A DNA stretch of 32,000 bases from Wolbachia endosymbiont of Cimex lectularius (lineage in GTDB: Bacteria; Pseudomonadota; Alphaproteobacteria; Rickettsiales; Anaplasmataceae). The notes below the pieces were generated by a model, which was given only the letters and a program-made list of their open reading frames with translations, was not told the origin of the DNA and ran no database searches. Made by a program: the position numbers and the translations under genes. Below are positions 28,207-32,000 of this stretch, in pieces (position 1 is the first letter of the stretch; the number at the start of each line of letters is the position of its first letter). The stretch spans positions 630,001 to 662,000 of the forward strand of contig NZ_AP013028.1 in NCBI RefSeq assembly GCF_000829315.1. Direction: 5' to 3'.

Positions 28207-29457
28207 ATGAGCATAAAGACAAAATTCCTTAAACTGCTTCAGTCCAGGCGCGTACATGCTCGCATAAGAAGGAAAAATAAAAGAAATAGAACATTGTATT
28301 TCTGTTCTTTCATAACATTAGTTATTTCGCTTGGTTGTCCTATATGCATATTGTTGAGCATATTAATTAACTCTTATAGCGCCTTAACAATAACGAAGAT
28401 TTTGTTACCAGTTGAGATAACTGCTGATTTTGCTTTGGCAGATAATCCTGGTGATTTACGATATAAGTCCATTGATTTACTTAATAATTCTCTACGTAAA
28501 GTGTTTAAAGGGACCAATTTCAGGAGTAATGACGAGATTTTAAGTCGTAATTCTTACAAGGAGCTAGAGAATTTTTTTCGTAGGAAAGTGAAGCACAGTG
28601 GTGAATATGAAATCTGGTTTACTGCATCAAGTATAATCAATTCAATAAACAAAGATAAATATTTCAATAGTCATTATGCTGAACTGCTCAGTTGGCTAAA
28701 AGAAAAGGGGAGGGTGAAAAAGTCCTTTAATAAGTCTTTATTTCTTAAATCTGATTCTCGTGAGCCTGAGAATGCAGGAATTTTAGGAGCATTCATCGGC
28801 TCATTAATGACGATTATGGTGTGTCTAGCTTTGGCGTTACCAATAGGAGTTATGTCAGGCATCTATCTTCACGAATTTATGCCCAGGAACAGTATAATAA
28901 CTAGCATTGTAGAGGTTAGTATAAATAATCTTGCTGCAGTGCCTTCGATAATATTTGGTGTAGTAGGTTTAACTCTCTATCTTGGTATATTTGGTTTACC
29001 TCGTTCTTCGCCACTTGTTGGTGGAATGACTCTTTCATTTATGATGTTACCTAATATTATAATTGCAACAAAAAATGCCTTTGCGAACGTTCCTATTATA
29101 ATAAAAGATGCAGCTTTTGCCCTTGGAGCGCCTCACATCAAAGTAATATTAGATCACTCTCTACCGATTGCATTACCGAGAATAATACATGGCGCTGTGC
29201 TTGCAGTTGCAAGAGTTTTGGGTGAGTCCTCTCCTTTACTTATGATAGGTATGGTAGCATTTATAGCTGACGCACCAGCATCCTTTTTCGACCCGGCAAC
29301 TGTTTTGCCTGTACAAATATACATATGGTCAAGTAGTCCTGAGATTGCATTTGTTGAGCTTGCTGCCATTGCAATTATAGCTTTGTTGATAATGTTGTTT
29401 GCTCTGAATTTAGTAGCAAATTTTGTAAAAAGAAAATTCGAGTTTTTTAATTTTTAA
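28207..29457 (+). CDS. pstA: Phosphate ABC transporter permease PstA
   Basis: 416 aa; GAFIGSLMTIMVCLALALPIGVMSGIYLHEF, NLAAVPSIIFGVVGL, ALGAPHIKVILDHSLPIALPRIIHGAVLAVARVLGESSPLL. Confidence 0.93.
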   Translation: MSIKTKFLKLLQSRRVHARIRRKNKRNRTLYFCSFITLVISLGCPICILLSILINSYSALTITKILLPVEITADFALADNPGDLRYKSIDLLNNSLRKVFKGTNFRSNDEILSRNSYKELENFFRRKVKHSGEYEIWFTASSIINSINKDKYFNSHYAELLSWLKEKGRVKKSFNKSLFLKSDSREPENAGILGAFIGSLMTIMVCLALALPIGVMSGIYLHEFMPRNSIITSIVEVSINNLAAVPSIIFGVVGLTLYLGIFGLPRSSPLVGGMTLSFMMLPNIIIATKNAFANVPIIIKDAAFALGAPHIKVILDHSLPIALPRIIHGAVLAVARVLGESSPLLMIGMVAFIADAPASFFDPATVLPVQIYIWSSSPEIAFVELAAIAIIALLIMLFALNLVANFVKRKFEFFNF

Positions 29458-29460
29458 TTC

Positions 29461-30267
29461 ATGAAAATTATTGTTTTATCTGGTTATGGCTTGAACTGTG
29501 AGAAGGAAACTGCATTTGCATTTATAGAATGTAGTAGAAAACTTGGTATCAACAATGTAGAAGTGAAGATCGTTCATATTAATGAGATCATAGGTAATCC
29601 AGGTGAACTGAAATCAAGTAATATACTAGCAATTCCAGGAGGTTTTTCCTACGGTGATGACACTGGTGCTGGTAATGCATTTGCTCTGCGCATTAAAAAC
29701 AATTTGTTGGATGAGTTTCAAGATTTTTTATCTCAGGATAAGCTTGTTATAGGGATATGTAATGGTTGTCAGGTATTAGTAAAGTTAATTCCAGAATTCT
29801 CTAACCTGGCTTTAATACGCAATGATGTAGGTAATTATCAGTGTCGTTGGATTAGAGTGAAAGTTAGCCCACAAAGTAATTCTGTTTGGCTACAGGACCT
29901 AAATGAGCTGTATCTTCCTATTGCTCATGGAGAAGGCAAGTTTTTTATGGATCAGAGTGTTTTGGATCAATTGATTGAAAATAATTCCGTTGCACTGCGT
30001 TATGTTGATGAAGAAGGTAACTACGCCAACTTGCAGTTTCCTTGCAATCCAAACGGATCTACGTACGATCTGGCAGCCTTATCAGATAAAAGTGGTAGAG
30101 TACTGGCTTTAATGCCTCATCCGGAGAGAGGGATATTTTTCACTCAGCAGGACAACTGGCCGCTTGAAAAGGAGAAAAGCAAGCGCTTAGATGCCGCTAT
30201 GCCAAAATATGGCGATGGAATGCTTATATTTGAAAATGCACTGAAATATTTTGCACAGGCGTTGTAA
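29461..30267 (+). CDS. purQ: Phosphoribosylformylglycinamidine synthase I, glutamine amidotransferase subunit
   Basis: 268 aa; GYGLNCEKETAFA, GGFSYGDDTGAGNAFA, GICNGCQVLVKL, ALMPHPERG. Confidence 0.93.
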   Translation: MKIIVLSGYGLNCEKETAFAFIECSRKLGINNVEVKIVHINEIIGNPGELKSSNILAIPGGFSYGDDTGAGNAFALRIKNNLLDEFQDFLSQDKLVIGICNGCQVLVKLIPEFSNLALIRNDVGNYQCRWIRVKVSPQSNSVWLQDLNELYLPIAHGEGKFFMDQSVLDQLIENNSVALRYVDEEGNYANLQFPCNPNGSTYDLAALSDKSGRVLALMPHPERGIFFTQQDNWPLEKEKSKRLDAAMPKYGDGMLIFENALKYFAQAL

Positions 30268-30304
30268 CACGACACAATGTTACATAGTAAACGGTGTTAC
30301 CCAA

Positions 30305-30600
30305 CAGAAACAAAAAAACTACTTGACAACCTTCGCCAGTCCCCTTACAATAGAATTGTGGGTGTTTTAAGCCTAAAATTTATCTTTAATCTTTGTATTA
30401 AGTGACAAAAGCACAGTATAAAACAAGGCGTGTTATGTTTAATTTTTGCAGCATGGACATTGCATGTCTTTATAATTTTTTGTCTACATTAGCTGGACCT
30501 CGCTTATTAAGCGGTGTAAGAGAGAACCGGACGCCAAGTTTTTGAGAGAACAGTAAACAACTCACATTGCGGGGTTTCTTTTGTCTTTTTTCAAAATTCG
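30305..30600 (+). repeat. Dispersed non-coding repeat, subtype B, with embedded promoter-like sequence
   Basis: TTGACA (30323-30328), 17 bp, TACAAT (30346-30351); body is the reverse-complement match of 650-925. Confidence 0.88.
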
Positions 30601-30639
30601 TTAAAAATTTAACTAATCTCATTTTTTTTACAAAAAAAT

Positions 30640-30795
30640 TGCTTGACAAGTTTTGACGTTTCCCTTATCATGAAATTATGGGTATTTACAACCCCAAGGT
30701 CAGCTACTTGTCAAGCGTATAGAACATTAACGCCAAGTTATTAAAATAGATATTGACCGGGGCTTCTTTTGCTTTTTTTTCGTGTAGTTTAGGTT
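30640..30795 (+). repeat. Dispersed non-coding repeat, subtype C, with embedded promoter-like sequence
   Basis: TTGACA (30643-30648), 17 bp, TATCAT (30666-30671); body matches the minus strand of 430-590, ending TTGACCGGGGCTTCTTTTGCTTTTTTTT. Confidence 0.87.
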
Positions 30796-30882
30796 ATGCA
30801 ACGTGTCTACTCTCTAGTTTCACTATGAAACAATTGAATTGACTTTATATGAACAATCAGTATAACTTAGTTAACTTGTATC

Positions 30883-30954
30883 GACTCTTTCGTCTAGTGG
30901 TTAGGACACCACCCTTTCACGGTGGTAACACGGGTTCAAATCCCGTAAGAGTCA
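30883..30954 (+). tRNA. tRNA-Glu (anticodon TTC)
   Basis: GACTCTT...CCACC-CTTTCAC-GGTGG...CGGGTTCAAATCCCG-TAAGAGTC-A; acceptor, anticodon and T arms all pair. CCA not encoded. Confidence 0.95.
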
Positions 30955-31318
30955 CTCGTCATGTTTTATGGATCTCTCTTATAATGATTTTAGCATGGCA
31001 TAAATCCGCCACAATAGCCTGTTTTGCCACCCATAGAACCTTTTGCTTCTAATTGTTTACCTAAAGTTTACCATTTTCTTTCCATAATCTGTTAATTTTT
31101 TTAAAAAAGTGGGTACTTTTTTGCTATTTTGAGAAAAGTAAATAAACGCATTTGTTGTGACGCTAAAGACGACCTGTTTTTGCATGAACATGGTTGATCT
31201 AGTTAAGATCTAACTCAATATTAAAGAAGCGTAAAGTAGTACACCACACCTGCAGCACACTACCCGCATTTTTACTTTTTCACATTCAGCCTTAATAATT
31301 AGCGACGCCATGAAGCCT

Positions 31319-31570
31319 GCAAGTAACTAGTTTGTGATCTGCCATTATCACTATTGTCAGAGTTGCCAGCTTGTGACCTGCGCAACTGTCTACGCGATGT
31401 TACCCGTACTTCCCTTAACCTGCTCTTAGATCTAACTGATCACTATTGTCAGCTCGTGATCTGCTAATATCACTATCGTCAGAGTCGTTAGAACGTGAAA
31501 ATCTCGGTAACCTATTAGACGATATTGACTGCACTTCACTTAACTCGCTGCTTAGATCTGACTGATCGCT
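31319..31570 (-). repeat. Two imperfect ~126-bp tandem units encoding the Ser/Asp/Arg-rich tail
   Basis: AGCGATCAGTCAGATCTAAGCAGCGAGTTAAGTGAAGTGCAG (unit 1) versus AGTGATCAGTTAGATCTAAG-AGCAGGTTAAGGGAAGTACGG (unit 2), offset 126 bp. Confidence 0.78.
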
Positions 31571-32000
31571 ATCGCTACCAGAGTTTGACAGGCTCGATGA
31601 GCTCTCTTCCATTTCTCTATTACGCCTTTTTTCTAATGAGATAAGGATATATACTTCTACACCTTTGTCATCAATTCTGTTCCATCTTAAATCAAGTGAA
31701 GTAAGCCGTGAAAGATTACCATTAGCTAAAGCCTCTGCACCTTTTTTACTAATATTATTACCCATAAGATCAAGTTCAGTGAGACGTATAAGATTACCGT
31801 TAGCTAAGGCTTCTACACCTTTATTACCAATACGGTTGTTATTTAAATTAAGTGAAGTAAGACGTGCAAGATTGCTATCAGCTAAAGCCTCTGCACCCTT
31901 TTCACCAATATCATTACTCGATAAATTAAGCTCAGTAAGCCGTGAAAGATTACCATTAGCTAGAGCCTCTGCACCTTTATCACCAATTTCGTTGAAACGT
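31415..32000 (-). CDS. Leucine-rich repeat (RNI-like) protein with Ser/Asp-rich C-terminal tail, partial at the right edge
   Basis: Minus strand is open to the window edge: RFNEIGDKGAEALANGNLSRLTELNLSSNDIGEKGAEALADSNLARLTSLNLNNNRIGNKGVEALANGNLIRLTELDLMGNNISKKGAEALANGNLSRLTSLDLRWNRIDDKGVEVY..., i.e. 28-aa (84-bp) repeats. The ORF track shows only the last part. Confidence 0.9.
   Translation of the reverse strand, partial: RFNEIGDKGAEALANGNLSRLTELNLSSNDIGEKGAEALADSNLARLTSLNLNNNRIGNKGVEALANGNLIRLTELDLMGNNISKKGAEALANGNLSRLTSLDLRWNRIDDKGVEVYILISLEKRRNREMEESSSSLSNSGSDSDQSDLSSELSEVQSISSNRLPRFSRSNDSDDSDISRSRADNSDQLDLRAG

Noticed and set aside
31766-32000. 84-bp regularly spaced repeats considered as a CRISPR-like array
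   Set aside because: No unique spacers; the repeats are contiguous and encode in-frame 28-aa leucine-rich repeats.
1-32000. Defence, toxin-antitoxin, cytoplasmic incompatibility or phage WO modules
   Set aside because: No cif-like, restriction, toxin-antitoxin, phage structural or cas signatures were seen in either strand of the supplied ORFs.

Overview
The gene content and amino-acid signatures fit a Wolbachia-type alphaproteobacterial endosymbiont chromosome (Rickettsiales); this placement is inferred, since no database search was run. Most of the window is housekeeping: partial murA, aspartate aminotransferase, MFS transporter, glyA, sodB, M16 peptidase, ABC exporter, grxD-bolA, malic enzyme, pgsA, ftsK, sspB, hemE, a CorC/TlyC-like CBS protein, purM, purC, trmD-rplS, pstA, purQ and tRNA-Glu. 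The accessory component is one IS5-type insertion sequence, an Rpn/PD-(D/E)XK putative transposase with a frameshift, a decayed SMR efflux gene, palindromic MITE-like sequence and an LRR (RNI-like) protein that runs off the right edge. I found no phage module, CRISPR array or recognisable defence system. The best signals are: (1) a circularly permuted two-piece tmRNA gene (ssrA), absent from the ORF track, with a consensus promoter and sitting immediately upstream of sspB, the adaptor for ssrA-tagged proteins; (2) a family of dispersed non-coding repeats, at least 7 copies, each opening with a TTGACA-17-bp-TATNAT-like promoter and most ending in a T-rich tail; (3) a ~0.5 kb inverted repeat pair made of these elements about 29.4 kb apart; (4) a ChpT-like histidine phosphotransferase split at an A9 homopolymer; (5) an LRR protein whose duplicated Ser/Asp-rich tail is truncated by an apparent 1-nt deletion.
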